A stretch of DNA of 64,000 bases from Candidatus Angelobacter sp. (GTDB taxonomy: Bacteria; Acidobacteriota; Terriglobia; Terriglobales; Acidobacteriaceae), in assembly GCA_035710845.1 (NCBI GenBank), contig DASTCT010000086.1:3067-67066 (forward strand), written 5' to 3'. Under the pieces are notes generated by a model. That model ran no database searches, had not been told where the DNA came from, and worked only from the letters and a program-made list of their open reading frames with translations. Both the position numbers and the translations under genes were made by a program. Positions 52,369 to 62,485 of this stretch are shown piece after piece. Within the stretch, counting starts at the first letter, position 1, and the number at the start of each line of letters is the position of its first letter.

Positions 52369-54919
52369 GCATCGCCATGCAATTCAACACTCCAGACTGC
52401 GAGTTGGCAGAATCATCGTTCGCAATCACTGCCAGCACCTTACCTGTTTGCACAGCTTGTATGTGGTGCAGACGCAGTCCGGCCCCATCTGCTGCTGCGT
52501 TCACCACACTGCAATTCACGGTGTAACTCGCATCTGCAAAAGGCGTCTTCCAATCCAACTCCACAGCTAAGGTTGAGCTTTTGGCAATCGCCGCAATCGG
52601 CACGCGTCCATGCTTCATGCCGCTGCCATCGCCGTTAACACTGGTGCCAACATTAATTCCCTGGCTGGCATTCAGCTTTCCCTGGCCCATGGTAACGTCA
52701 CCATTGTTGCCGATCTGCAGACCAATAAAGTTGGAAGAAAAATCTCCCTGCGCAGAAGCGTTTTTCCTGAAGAGCAGCCCCTGCGATCCCAGAACAATGT
52801 CCCAGAGACCGTCTGGAATTGCCGTTCCAGCGTTGCGAAATTCTATGCGTGCGTTCGCTGAAGGCTGGATACGTAGCGTCTGTCCTGCAATGGTCTGATC
52901 GCCGGAGAATACGTTCGAACCAATCAGGTTGGCATACCGTCGATCGGTAAAGTTTGTATCCAGGGCGAGCGTCAACGGACCGCTGTTGCCTCCACCTATA
53001 ATGCCGTTTCCAGCAGTGATCAAGCTGATCGTGCTGAAGCTGGCAGGCGACAAACCGCCAAACGTAGCCGCATTCACATTAGTGAGCCCGGCCCCGTTGC
53101 CTATAAGCTTTCCTGAAGGAAACACAACATCGCCCTGAGAAAGCACCTGCATGCCTAGCATGCTGCTGGCAAATGAACCATTCCCACTGAGATCTTTGCG
53201 TAACCCCAGCCCTGAACCATCTAAAAACAGGTCCCAAAGACCGTTGGTCGGCGCCCCGGAATTCTGTATCTTGATATCAGCTCCAATATCAGGAGCAATC
53301 AGCAGAGATCCACTGAAATGGGTGTTTCCAGCAGAGTCAAACCTCACTGCTTCGGATCGGTTGGCAAAATTTCCTGACGGATCAATATTCTTATCAATAA
53401 TCAGGTCGCCGCCGGAACCGGTCATCCGCCACAGTCCAGACGTTATAGGCTGCGCATCGTCCAAAAATTCCAATGTTGGGTTTCCGCTGTGCTCTACCCT
53501 GAATTTCCTGCCGGTATAAGACAGCAGGATATCGGTTGGCTGAGTGCTCAATGGCGAAAAGAGCAATATCTCTTGGCCGTGATGACGCAGGCGCAGATCT
53601 TCAGTGTTCTGGAAGAAAGCATCCTGGCTGAGCGCCCAGATATCGTTGAAATTGGAATCCTGGAAAGCCAGCTCGCCGTATTTATGCGTGCCGCTGGTGT
53701 CCTGCAATGTGACTGAAGCAATTGTTCCGGTTGTGGTGCCGCCGGCGCCTGCAAAGATCACCGCTTGCGCGCCATTGTTTGGGACTTCATGCATTGGGCC
53801 AATGATGAACGCGCCATTGCTGGTCACTTTATATGCAGTAGTTTGAACTGATCCGTCCGGGAAAGTGAATCCAGTCGGCGCGATGTTTAATTGCGTGCCA
53901 TTGCCGGCATTGCCAATGTTCAACTTCCCGGGAACGGTAATGTCGCCTGCCGGACTAATGGAAAGCGTATCTTGCCCTGCCGTGGCATTGCGAATCGTGA
54001 ATGACTCAGCATTGTCCTGGCGCAGAGCAATGTTCCAGTCCTGGTTTGGATTGCTCAGACTGAATCCAGAGGAACCATCGATCAACGATTGGAAACGTGC
54101 CAAAATACTGTCGCCATTCCCTGCCACTTGTAGTTCGCTCGTTGGCGTTTCAGTGCCTATTCCAAGATTGCCGTTCAGTCCAACAACCCCTGAATCCAGC
54201 AGGGTTGCGTCATCCTGGAATGTTGCCAGATGGTTCGCCGCAACGATCCCGGAAGACACAACAGTCGTCGTACCAATAGCCGCAGAAGTTGGAGTTGTAG
54301 GCGAGGCTGCTGTTATGGAAGCAGGCGGAACATCTGATCGCAAAAATGCTGAAGCAGGCAAGCCCTGGAGCGTTTGAGCATCCTGTGCTTTCAAAGCATA
54401 AGGAACACTAACCAGCATCACCCGTGGCGATTCCACATGGCCAATGGCCCGAAATCCCAGCCAGTGCGCCTGGTTTGACGAAAACAAATCTGCTGGTAAG
54501 CCGGTTTCTGTAGTTGCTCCCAGCAAAACGGTAAATTTTCCCGCTTTATCGGCTTCAATTGTCTGTGTTTCTGTCCATACCGGCTGCTGGCCATCTGCCG
54601 ATGAATAGACAGAAAACACAATGGAAAGATTGCCCGAAATTGCTTTGCCATCTGAATCTGCTAAAGTTCCTGAAAAGCGTACGATCCGCGGTACTGATGT
54701 TGAATCTGTGGCACTTGGATTATTTTCTGATTGTTGGACTGCCTGTGCCACGCTGGAGCTGGCGATTGCGGCCAGCCCTATAAGACAAATAAGGACACGT
54801 ATCCCTTTGGTTGTTAACACCCTGGGCCCACCCCTGAATGTGAAATTACCCTCTTCTAACAAAGCGAACCCCAGCAACAGCAAACAAAATGCCAGGAATT
54901 TGCTGACTAAAAAAATCAA
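52361..54919 (-). CDS. Large secreted repeat protein (tail-fibre-like modules)
   Basis: NGNLGIGTETPTSELQV motif. At least four internal ~70-110-aa repeats sharing GLW(D/R)..G..L..(R/D)K...G.F....G(D/N)V..P.GKL. TTG start overlaps the acyltransferase stop. Confidence 0.7.
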   Translation of the reverse strand: MIFLVSKFLAFCLLLLGFALLEEGNFTFRGGPRVLTTKGIRVLICLIGLAAIASSSVAQAVQQSENNPSATDSTSVPRIVRFSGTLADSDGKAISGNLSIVFSVYSSADGQQPVWTETQTIEADKAGKFTVLLGATTETGLPADLFSSNQAHWLGFRAIGHVESPRVMLVSVPYALKAQDAQTLQGLPASAFLRSDVPPASITAASPTTPTSAAIGTTTVVSSGIVAANHLATFQDDATLLDSGVVGLNGNLGIGTETPTSELQVAGNGDSILARFQSLIDGSSGFSLSNPNQDWNIALRQDNAESFTIRNATAGQDTLSISPAGDITVPGKLNIGNAGNGTQLNIAPTGFTFPDGSVQTTAYKVTSNGAFIIGPMHEVPNNGAQAVIFAGAGGTTTGTIASVTLQDTSGTHKYGELAFQDSNFNDIWALSQDAFFQNTEDLRLRHHGQEILLFSPLSTQPTDILLSYTGRKFRVEHSGNPTLEFLDDAQPITSGLWRMTGSGGDLIIDKNIDPSGNFANRSEAVRFDSAGNTHFSGSLLIAPDIGADIKIQNSGAPTNGLWDLFLDGSGLGLRKDLSGNGSFASSMLGMQVLSQGDVVFPSGKLIGNGAGLTNVNAATFGGLSPASFSTISLITAGNGIIGGGNSGPLTLALDTNFTDRRYANLIGSNVFSGDQTIAGQTLRIQPSANARIEFRNAGTAIPDGLWDIVLGSQGLLFRKNASAQGDFSSNFIGLQIGNNGDVTMGQGKLNASQGINVGTSVNGDGSGMKHGRVPIAAIAKSSTLAVELDWKTPFADASYTVNCSVVNAAADGAGLRLHHIQAVQTGKVLAVIANDDSANSQSGVLNCMAMHD

Positions 54920-56085
54920 ACGGCCTGTGCAGCCTGGAGCGGTTCGTCAATTTCCGTCCGTCCAACCGGCACTGGCTTATATTGAAAGTACTTCTTTAAA
55001 TTTAAGAATCTCTTTTCAAAAGCATAGAAACTGGCGCTGGCAACCACTGCAACAACGCCGATATACAACGGTAAGAACGCAAGGCCCGAAATGCTATTCG
55101 TTTTCACGCCAGTAACACTGACGAAGAGAAGAAGTAGCGGTAGATGAAAAATATATGCGCCGTAAGAAACCTTCCCCAGATGCACCAGCGGCCGCCAGGT
55201 TAAAATCCCTGGCGACTCCTTCCTGGCCCAGTGAATGAGGCCTGCTCCAAACAAAGCAATCTCGGTGTATCCCCAAACATGCTGCCAGCCTGAAAGAACA
55301 AGCGGGCTGAACCCAAGATTGGTGTGTCCAAGAAATGCGGAAGAGCCTGGATAAATACTGCGAATCAGCCACCAATGTCCCAGGCCGCTTATGACCAGCA
55401 AGCCTCCTGTTACCGCACACAGAGTTCTTGCCCTCACCTTGGAAAATGACCACAGATTCAATGCTGCGCCCAGCATGAATGAGTCGAGATGAGTGCTGGT
55501 CAGGACATAGAGCGAGATACCGGCTGCAACCTGCCCAGACTTATGTGCGATGGTATTCCCAATGAAGCCGCGCATCACTGGCGCCAGTACAATAACGACC
55601 AGCACAAGCTTACGCAGCCATTTTTCGTTCAGAAAAAAAACCAGAAATGGCCAGGCGAAATAAAACTGTTCTTCGACCGACAAACTCCAGAAATGCGTAT
55701 ATGCAGTGGCCGGAAGCAGCGTTGTGATGTGCAACTGACGCCAGGCCGAAACTAAATTGTAGGTGTAAGTAAACAGGCTGACGCCATCGTGTGAAAAAAA
55801 TGGAAGCGCGTGCGGCTTGATGAATGCGATAAGGGCGAAGAGGGCTGTCGTCGCCAGGTAAACAGGAAAGATCCGCAGCACCCGGCGCATATAGAAAGTC
55901 CCAAGATAGCTTCGCAATGGAAGCGTGCGGCTTTCCAGCAGAATTGCAGTAATAAGAAATCCTGAAAGTACAAAAAAGATCTCTACACCCAGCCATCCGC
56001 CGAAAGAAAAAACGCCGTAGTGGGAAAGCATCACCGCAAGGATGCACAACCCACGCACGCCGTCCAATGATGGAATATATTTCAT
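54916..56085 (-). CDS. Acyltransferase family 3 (O-acetyltransferase-like) membrane protein
   Basis: MKYIPSLDGVRGLCILAVMLSH opening and about 10 TM helices. Confidence 0.85.
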   Translation of the reverse strand: MKYIPSLDGVRGLCILAVMLSHYGVFSFGGWLGVEIFFVLSGFLITAILLESRTLPLRSYLGTFYMRRVLRIFPVYLATTALFALIAFIKPHALPFFSHDGVSLFTYTYNLVSAWRQLHITTLLPATAYTHFWSLSVEEQFYFAWPFLVFFLNEKWLRKLVLVVIVLAPVMRGFIGNTIAHKSGQVAAGISLYVLTSTHLDSFMLGAALNLWSFSKVRARTLCAVTGGLLVISGLGHWWLIRSIYPGSSAFLGHTNLGFSPLVLSGWQHVWGYTEIALFGAGLIHWARKESPGILTWRPLVHLGKVSYGAYIFHLPLLLLFVSVTGVKTNSISGLAFLPLYIGVVAVVASASFYAFEKRFLNLKKYFQYKPVPVGRTEIDEPLQAAQAV

Positions 56086-56087
56086 CG

Positions 56088-56843
56088 TTAGAATGGCCGG
56101 TAAGCAAAGGCTTCAAAGATCAGTAGGTTTCTGGTCTGGCCAAAAGTTTCTAGTTGCGGCACAGCATGGAAAGAATTCTTTCCCCGGACAAATCCGAACA
56201 TTGTGTTCGGAATAAAGGGCGCTCGCGCTACCTCCTGAAAATCATTGAATTCGAAATAATCCACGCTGTTATAGCGCTTGCGCTGGTCCAGTTGCCGGTA
56301 CAAAGCAGTACCGCAGGCTGCCAAAGAATCGTCCTTGGGAAGATAGAAGAGCATTGAAAATAGTTTTTGCGGCGTGTCTGTGTGCGGCTTAATGACAAAG
56401 TTGCGACGGTCTGAAACCAACAGGCATTCATGTTCCAACCGGCCAAGCTTAAGCCTGAGCTTGTCACAATATGGCCGCAGCTTGTTCAGCATCTGGTTGA
56501 AAAACCAACCATCGAGAATCTTGCTCCCCATCGTTCCCCAGAATTGGGCAATCTCCGCCGGCAGGGCGTCAAAGTTTTTGTCCTTCATGCTGAGGAAGAA
56601 GCGGTTTTCATCCACTTCAGCATTGCCGTGCTTGGAATTGCGCATGCGGATAAATTGTTCCGGACTGGGAATGTGAGCGAGCATTGCTTTATAAAAGTCC
56701 GGCGGAAAGACACCACGCACGATTACATGAGGAAATGGATATTCCTGCACAGGCGCATTTTGAATTTTGTACACTACATGCTCTAAGGCATCAGCGATTG
56801 CCGGCGCTGACTTTACAATACTCATACTGCTCGCTACAGCCAT
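56088..56843 (-). CDS. Hypothetical protein, possibly of the 2OG-Fe(II) oxygenase-like fold
   Basis: KPHTD ... NSFHAV spacing is reminiscent of an HxD...H facial triad. Weak assignment. Confidence 0.4.
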   Translation of the reverse strand: MAVASSMSIVKSAPAIADALEHVVYKIQNAPVQEYPFPHVIVRGVFPPDFYKAMLAHIPSPEQFIRMRNSKHGNAEVDENRFFLSMKDKNFDALPAEIAQFWGTMGSKILDGWFFNQMLNKLRPYCDKLRLKLGRLEHECLLVSDRRNFVIKPHTDTPQKLFSMLFYLPKDDSLAACGTALYRQLDQRKRYNSVDYFEFNDFQEVARAPFIPNTMFGFVRGKNSFHAVPQLETFGQTRNLLIFEAFAYRPF

Positions 56844-56913
56844 GTTTTATCCTTTTTGTAATTGTTGACGCGCGAATTTCCGAGCCTTGCAACTTCCATG
56901 AAGCGCAGCCTCG

Positions 56914-58449
56914 CTATGCTTCCTCGCTTGCCACCATAGGCCGCGAAAACGCGCTGCGTCCTAACTGAACCAAACTGAGCAAAGAGCGCGAGTTTCCCAG
57001 ATACCAGAGCGCCAGATAGAGGCAGGCCAACAGAATTGGCCATCCAATCCAGTACTTACAAGAAACCCAAATCAACCCGGCAAAAACCGCTCCACAGAAA
57101 AATTCTGCTCCAACCTTCTTCAACCGAATCTTCCCCAAAGGCTTGCGGCAAATCCAGAACAAGAATGGATACGTCAAAATGTGGTTAGCTGACGCAGCCA
57201 ACGGCACGCCGACCGGTCCAAGCCGGGAAGTTGCGAACACTGTGAACGTGGCGTACACCGCAACAAAGCACGCAAGAAACACAAATACCTGGCGATGCTT
57301 GCCGGAAACTACCAGCGCTGAACTCAGAATTCCCCAGAAAACTGCTGAAACCCAATAAGCCGAGGAATGCGCCAAAAGCAGAACTGGAAGAGATGACCAC
57401 TTATGCCCAAATATCAGTGGGACCCAAACTGGGCTCAATCCGGCGAACAATACAATGACTGGTGTAAGAACCATGGCAGCCATCTCCAGATTGTTGCTCA
57501 CGGTCCGTTGCAACTCTCCGGGATATTCAATAATTCGCGAATAGGCGCTAAAACTCAGCCTTAGAATCGCCGCCGAAGCAAAGAGCAGATTGGAGTAAAG
57601 TGAAATGGTCATCTGGACCTGACCAATGTTGGCCACCCCAACAACCCAGCCGCCGAGCAATGCCGGAATGGCAAGGATCACAATATTGAGTACGCTGCAG
57701 GCTGTAATGAATCCGCCGAAATCAATAATGCGGGAGAGTGAGTCGCGCACGATTCTGAGCCGCGGGCGTACAGGCTGCAGAATGTAAGCAGCGATGGTTG
57801 AGAAAAGGGCGCGGGCAATTGTCGCCACGGCCAGCCCCAGAATCGGACGTCCGAACAAAGCAAAAATAATGGCGGTCACGCTGAACGCAGTCGCATCAAG
57901 AATCTCAATCAGAGCAACACGCACATAGTCCAATTCACGTTCAAGCAACGCGACTGGTACGCTACGCCAGGCGTATAGATATGAAGCCAACGCCGCTGCC
58001 AGCAATAACGGTACAAGTTCAGGATGGGAATACCATCGTGCCGCAGGACCAGCGAAAAGCCCCGCGCCTACCAGAAAAACGGTTCCGATCAAATGCTGCA
58101 GAGAGAAAGTATTGCCGATTTCATCAGCAGACGGCGATTGCTGTTGCTTGATCAGGTAAGTTGCAATTCCCCGCCCCAAAATCTCCTGGCTACTCAGATA
58201 GACGACCTGAGCTATGGCAAAAGCTCCCCAGATTGCCGGCCCAACCAGACGTGAAAGAACAATGGTCCCCACCAACCCAATGGCGAGCGCCAAGCCGTAG
58301 CGCACGAACAAAGCAGCCATGCTGTGGCGGGCCCTCTGTTTCAAAGCAGCAAGAGGCTCCGATCCAGTCGGCTCAATCGCAACTGCAGTTGCGGTACTCT
58401 CGTTTTGTAGAACTTCCATGGACAATTTTAGCGCCCTATAAATTTGCAA
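56914..58449 (-). CDS. wzx: Polysaccharide flippase (Wzx/MOP family)
   Basis: About 12-14 TM helices. Typical length and position in the EPS cluster. Confidence 0.75.
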   Translation of the reverse strand: MQIYRALKLSMEVLQNESTATAVAIEPTGSEPLAALKQRARHSMAALFVRYGLALAIGLVGTIVLSRLVGPAIWGAFAIAQVVYLSSQEILGRGIATYLIKQQQSPSADEIGNTFSLQHLIGTVFLVGAGLFAGPAARWYSHPELVPLLLAAALASYLYAWRSVPVALLERELDYVRVALIEILDATAFSVTAIIFALFGRPILGLAVATIARALFSTIAAYILQPVRPRLRIVRDSLSRIIDFGGFITACSVLNIVILAIPALLGGWVVGVANIGQVQMTISLYSNLLFASAAILRLSFSAYSRIIEYPGELQRTVSNNLEMAAMVLTPVIVLFAGLSPVWVPLIFGHKWSSLPVLLLAHSSAYWVSAVFWGILSSALVVSGKHRQVFVFLACFVAVYATFTVFATSRLGPVGVPLAASANHILTYPFLFWICRKPLGKIRLKKVGAEFFCGAVFAGLIWVSCKYWIGWPILLACLYLALWYLGNSRSLLSLVQLGRSAFSRPMVASEEA

Positions 58450-58510
58450 ACTGAATTAAATCTGAGCTTTCGTTAGCTACCTCGTGTCTCTTTCAAAAGC
58501 ACTTCATCAA

Positions 58511-59932
58511 CTACGCTCCACCAGGATTTGGTGAGGGCAACACGCCGGGAAAGCCCGGCCCAATTTCCCGAGCAGAATCGGATTTATGGGAAACAACTGC
58601 TTGCCGCAGGACCCAGCCCGGTTTCAATCCGAGCCTCTGCAATGTGGTGAACATGACTCCGCATAAAAAGAAAAAGCTGGCCATGGGAACAACATCGAAA
58701 AATGACGGCGAAAAAACCGCCATGAACAACCGCCCAATGATGTTGGCCGCAGCAGCGGCAAGAGCCGCAGTAAGCAACCTGTCTGGAATTCGTGCGGCAA
58801 ACCAGCGAGCCTGCTTACAAATTGCCAGCAGAAAACCAAGAAGCAAAATTACGCTCAGAATACCCGTCTGCGCCATGAGTTCAAGGTACGTATCTTCGCC
58901 TACTTGTGAGTCAACCCCAGCAAGCGATCCGGCCCAACCTCCGGCTTCTCCCAATCCCTTACCCAATAGCAATTTGGGCGCATTCTCCCATCCGGTATGC
59001 AGGAACTTCAGGTGGTCTGAAGCGCTTCCTTCACGGAAAGTAACTGTATCTGCGATATGTTCCCAGACAGCTGGAATAGCCAGCACAAGCATTGCTGCGG
59101 CAACCACCGGAACCAATACAGATTTCCCTTTGCCGGCCCAAAACCCAAGAAGCACAATCCCTATGAGAGCAACCGCAATCGATTCGCGTCCATTGGTCAA
59201 CAAAAGCGCCACGCCAATAATAATTGAGGCAATCCACCATTTTCGTCGCGCTACAGCCGCGGTGAACTTTGGACTTTTTATCAACCATCCTGCGCACACA
59301 AGTAGCGGAAAAACGCAGGAGATGCCCATTGCCAGCGGATCGCCGTAAGTAGAAATCGACCGCCGGATATCAGACCGCACCATGTTGATGGGTAGACCGT
59401 CCTCGACATTAATGCCATCAGGCAGCCCTTTCACATCGATCATGAAAGCGCCCTGTCCTACGGTGTCACGCCAGAATGAGAGCGGCAGAAAATTCCATTC
59501 AAAAATTCCAAAGACAGCAACCAAAAGCTGCAGCGCGATGACAAAGTGTAATAGACGACGTGTTTCTTGTAACTCAAGAAATGAAAGCCTGCCCCAGAAA
59601 TAAAACAACACCAGAGAAATCACAGAACGCAGGGAGACAATACGAATAAAAAATGGCACCGTGGCGCCCAGCATCATCGGCGCAAATGCAAGATATAATC
59701 CCAGCAAAATTGCATAGCCCAATGCAAATTTGTCCGCGGCATTGAAGCGCCAGCCTTTTTGAAATGCGCGATAGCCAAGCAGCAGCAACGCCAAAACCAT
59801 GATTACTTCTTTTGTCGCCATGAGCATGGTCGCAGAGGCAAAGGAGAGCCATCCTTGCTGGTAAGCCAATGGCAGCAGAAAGTTCTGGAGGGCCAGCCAA
59901 GTGAAATATATACATAGGAGGACCAAATACAT
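58511..59932 (-). CDS. O-antigen ligase/polymerase-like membrane protein (Wzy-type)
   Basis: Polytopic, with a large loop containing the NGRES-like motif (LLTNGRESI) typical of the Wzy_C/O-antigen ligase domain. Confidence 0.75.
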   Translation of the reverse strand: MYLVLLCIYFTWLALQNFLLPLAYQQGWLSFASATMLMATKEVIMVLALLLLGYRAFQKGWRFNAADKFALGYAILLGLYLAFAPMMLGATVPFFIRIVSLRSVISLVLFYFWGRLSFLELQETRRLLHFVIALQLLVAVFGIFEWNFLPLSFWRDTVGQGAFMIDVKGLPDGINVEDGLPINMVRSDIRRSISTYGDPLAMGISCVFPLLVCAGWLIKSPKFTAAVARRKWWIASIIIGVALLLTNGRESIAVALIGIVLLGFWAGKGKSVLVPVVAAAMLVLAIPAVWEHIADTVTFREGSASDHLKFLHTGWENAPKLLLGKGLGEAGGWAGSLAGVDSQVGEDTYLELMAQTGILSVILLLGFLLAICKQARWFAARIPDRLLTAALAAAAANIIGRLFMAVFSPSFFDVVPMASFFFLCGVMFTTLQRLGLKPGWVLRQAVVSHKSDSAREIGPGFPGVLPSPNPGGA

Positions 59933-61386
59933 CAGACTTTGGCCTCCACTACGTCTAGGTTACAGACCAACTCTTCTTCAATGGACCCATAGACTGCATC
60001 AGTCGCATGGGGGAAGTTGCTGAGGTATCCATGCAAAAGCTGGTTTTGCTTTTCCATAAAGATGCGACGGCCTTCAGCCAAAAGGAACGTTTGCAAGCAC
60101 TGTCTTAGCTCCTGACAGTTACGTGCCACCCCGCAAGGTTCTATGATTCCCAGCCGGTCCTGCAACTCTTCTGGCGCAATCTGCACTACCGGTACATCCA
60201 CCGCCATGGCCTCAAGCATGGCCGTGGAGTTGCATGAGATGGCAACATCGGCGGAGGAAAGCGTTTCCTGTAAGGAAAGATCGCGAGGGGCAATTGTAAT
60301 CCGATCAAATCCGCTCAAGCGGCGAAAACGCTTTTCTGTTTCTTGCGGATGTAAACGCACCACTACGTGGAAGCGATGATCGTCCAGCAGGGGTTTTAAC
60401 GCCGCCAATACTAGGCGATGCTCGGCTTCAGTAAATAATGGCGAATGTGATTGTGAGAAGAAAACCACATCACAACGACCGGCGCAGTTTCCATTCTCTT
60501 CCCTTTTGAGCCGCAAGGCGGAACGCGAATTCCGGGCCTTGGCCAGACCATCAAAACGTGGCGCCCCGGCCATAATTAAGTTTGATTGCATACCAGGGCG
60601 CGCGACCATGTAGTCGTGGAAACGTTGACCCCAAACAAGGTAGTGATCGGCTGAAGTTGGGAAATATTCCTGGGTAGGAAAACCGTGCTGCAACGTAAAA
60701 CTTTTCACACCCATCTCGCGAGCAACAAGGCACGCCAAGTAGCTGGAAGTGGTGAAATCGTTGTGTGTGATCACTGCTGCAAGAGCGCGATTCTCCGCAA
60801 AAAGCCGCTCATAGACTTCACGATACAGATAGGCGCGCACGAGTAGTGTCTGCATCACATTGCGTGATGCGATACACAGACGTTGATATTCTTGCGGACA
60901 ATTTTTCAATAGCAGGTTGAAATCTTTTTGCGCTCTGGTCCACAGGCGGCCCACTCGCCCCTTTCGTGAAGCAAACATTTCTGCATCAAGATTGACTAGA
61001 GCTGCGCGCACATGGGTTAATTCCGCGGCCCTGGCTTGCATCACACCATCCAGCCCTGCAAAGAGCGATTCCCGCCCTAACTTTTGCAGCAGGGGTCGTA
61101 AAGTTCCAAACCCTGGCTCGGCAGCATAATCACAGACGAAAAGATAACGCGAGTCGCCGGCCAGACTGGCATCAAGTCCACGCCGTGCACGCGCAGCTCG
61201 CCCCCAGGCAAAAGCCGGATATAAACTGTTTTTTGCAGCAAACTTTGCTGGTGCAGAGCCCGCCTGCGCCAGATGGAAAAATGCATCGGCGCGGATAGAG
61301 TACAGGCAGCTCCCAGCAAATGGAACAAACATGTCGCAGATTGAATTCCACGTCACCGGCTTCATCGAGCTATTGGGCAACCACAT
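59932..61386 (-). CDS. Hypothetical polysaccharide-biosynthesis protein (possible GT-B-like fold)
   Basis: Embedded in the EPS operon with overlapping stop/start on both sides. C-terminal half has a Rossmann-like alternation. No firm motif. Confidence 0.45.
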   Translation of the reverse strand: MWLPNSSMKPVTWNSICDMFVPFAGSCLYSIRADAFFHLAQAGSAPAKFAAKNSLYPAFAWGRAARARRGLDASLAGDSRYLFVCDYAAEPGFGTLRPLLQKLGRESLFAGLDGVMQARAAELTHVRAALVNLDAEMFASRKGRVGRLWTRAQKDFNLLLKNCPQEYQRLCIASRNVMQTLLVRAYLYREVYERLFAENRALAAVITHNDFTTSSYLACLVAREMGVKSFTLQHGFPTQEYFPTSADHYLVWGQRFHDYMVARPGMQSNLIMAGAPRFDGLAKARNSRSALRLKREENGNCAGRCDVVFFSQSHSPLFTEAEHRLVLAALKPLLDDHRFHVVVRLHPQETEKRFRRLSGFDRITIAPRDLSLQETLSSADVAISCNSTAMLEAMAVDVPVVQIAPEELQDRLGIIEPCGVARNCQELRQCLQTFLLAEGRRIFMEKQNQLLHGYLSNFPHATDAVYGSIEEELVCNLDVVEAKV

Positions 61387-62485
61387 ACGCTGCGCCCTCT
61401 TTCATCTCTGCTCTCATTTCATACAAGTGGCATATCCTGGGAATGTTTGCCTCCCAGGAGTATTCAGCAACCACCATCTTGCTGGCCCGCTCGGCAATGA
61501 GCGAACTTGATGGGTCAAGCGCCGCTTTTACTGCGACGACAAACTCAGCAGTATCATCGTAAGAAAACAGAAAGCCATTCTCTCGATCTTTAATCAGACA
61601 GCGCGTACCACCGGTTGCCGATGCAACTACCGGCGCGCCAAGAGCCATGGCTTCAAGAATGACCGTAGGCAATCCTTCATACTTTGAGGCCAACACCAGC
61701 GCAGAGCACGCCTGATAAGCCGCTTTCAAATCATCGTCCGAAACTTCACCAAGGAAATGAACAGCGCGGCTGAGCCCCAGTTCGGCAGCAAGCCTTTGCC
61801 ATTCGTCTTGGCAGCCTGCATCAGGACCGATGAAAACCAAACTTATGTCGCGCGGCAGCTCTGCCAAAGCACGAATGAGAAAGTCTCCGCGCTTCACACG
61901 ATCCAGCCTTCCAACCGACAAGAGAAACTTGCCAAAACCATATTTTTCGCGCCAGGCACGAACATAAGTTTCGGGCAAAGCCTGGGGCAGCGTAATTGAA
62001 TTCGGAATAATGGCTATGCGCGCAGCTTCGGCGCCGAGCATGACTGCGTCATTACGGTCATTTTCCGTGAGTGCAATGATAGAGTCTGAAGACTTCATAG
62101 CCGCTCGCCCAAGTGTTTTGTCAAAAACTTGCCGCTTGATCTTCCCAGCAAAATCCTGCGCCGGATAAAAACAGTGCGGCGTAAATGCGGTACGTATCCC
62201 ACCTCTATTGGCAGCAAGCAGGCAACGCGCCGCAAAAATGGATCGTGCGCCATGGGCATGTAAAACATCAGGCCGTTCCGAGGTAAGAAGTCTCTTCACC
62301 GTTGCCAGCGTTGCTCCACGCACCACGCGCAACCCATTGCTCAGGCTGTCTGATGGGACACCCGATTGGACAATCGCACATGGCTCATGACCCAACGCAC
62401 GCAGGCCTTCCGCAATACGGTACACATGTAACTCCACGCCGCCGCGTTGGGGATAAATGCCGTGCGAAATCAGAAAGATCTTCAC
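61370..62485 (-). CDS. Glycosyltransferase family 4 (GT-B)
   Basis: N-terminal GGVELHV, C-terminal EGLPTVILEAMALGAPVVAS (E-x7-E motif). Confidence 0.9.
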   Translation of the reverse strand: MKIFLISHGIYPQRGGVELHVYRIAEGLRALGHEPCAIVQSGVPSDSLSNGLRVVRGATLATVKRLLTSERPDVLHAHGARSIFAARCLLAANRGGIRTAFTPHCFYPAQDFAGKIKRQVFDKTLGRAAMKSSDSIIALTENDRNDAVMLGAEAARIAIIPNSITLPQALPETYVRAWREKYGFGKFLLSVGRLDRVKRGDFLIRALAELPRDISLVFIGPDAGCQDEWQRLAAELGLSRAVHFLGEVSDDDLKAAYQACSALVLASKYEGLPTVILEAMALGAPVVASATGGTRCLIKDRENGFLFSYDDTAEFVVAVKAALDPSSSLIAERASKMVVAEYSWEANIPRICHLYEMRAEMKEGAAYVVAQ

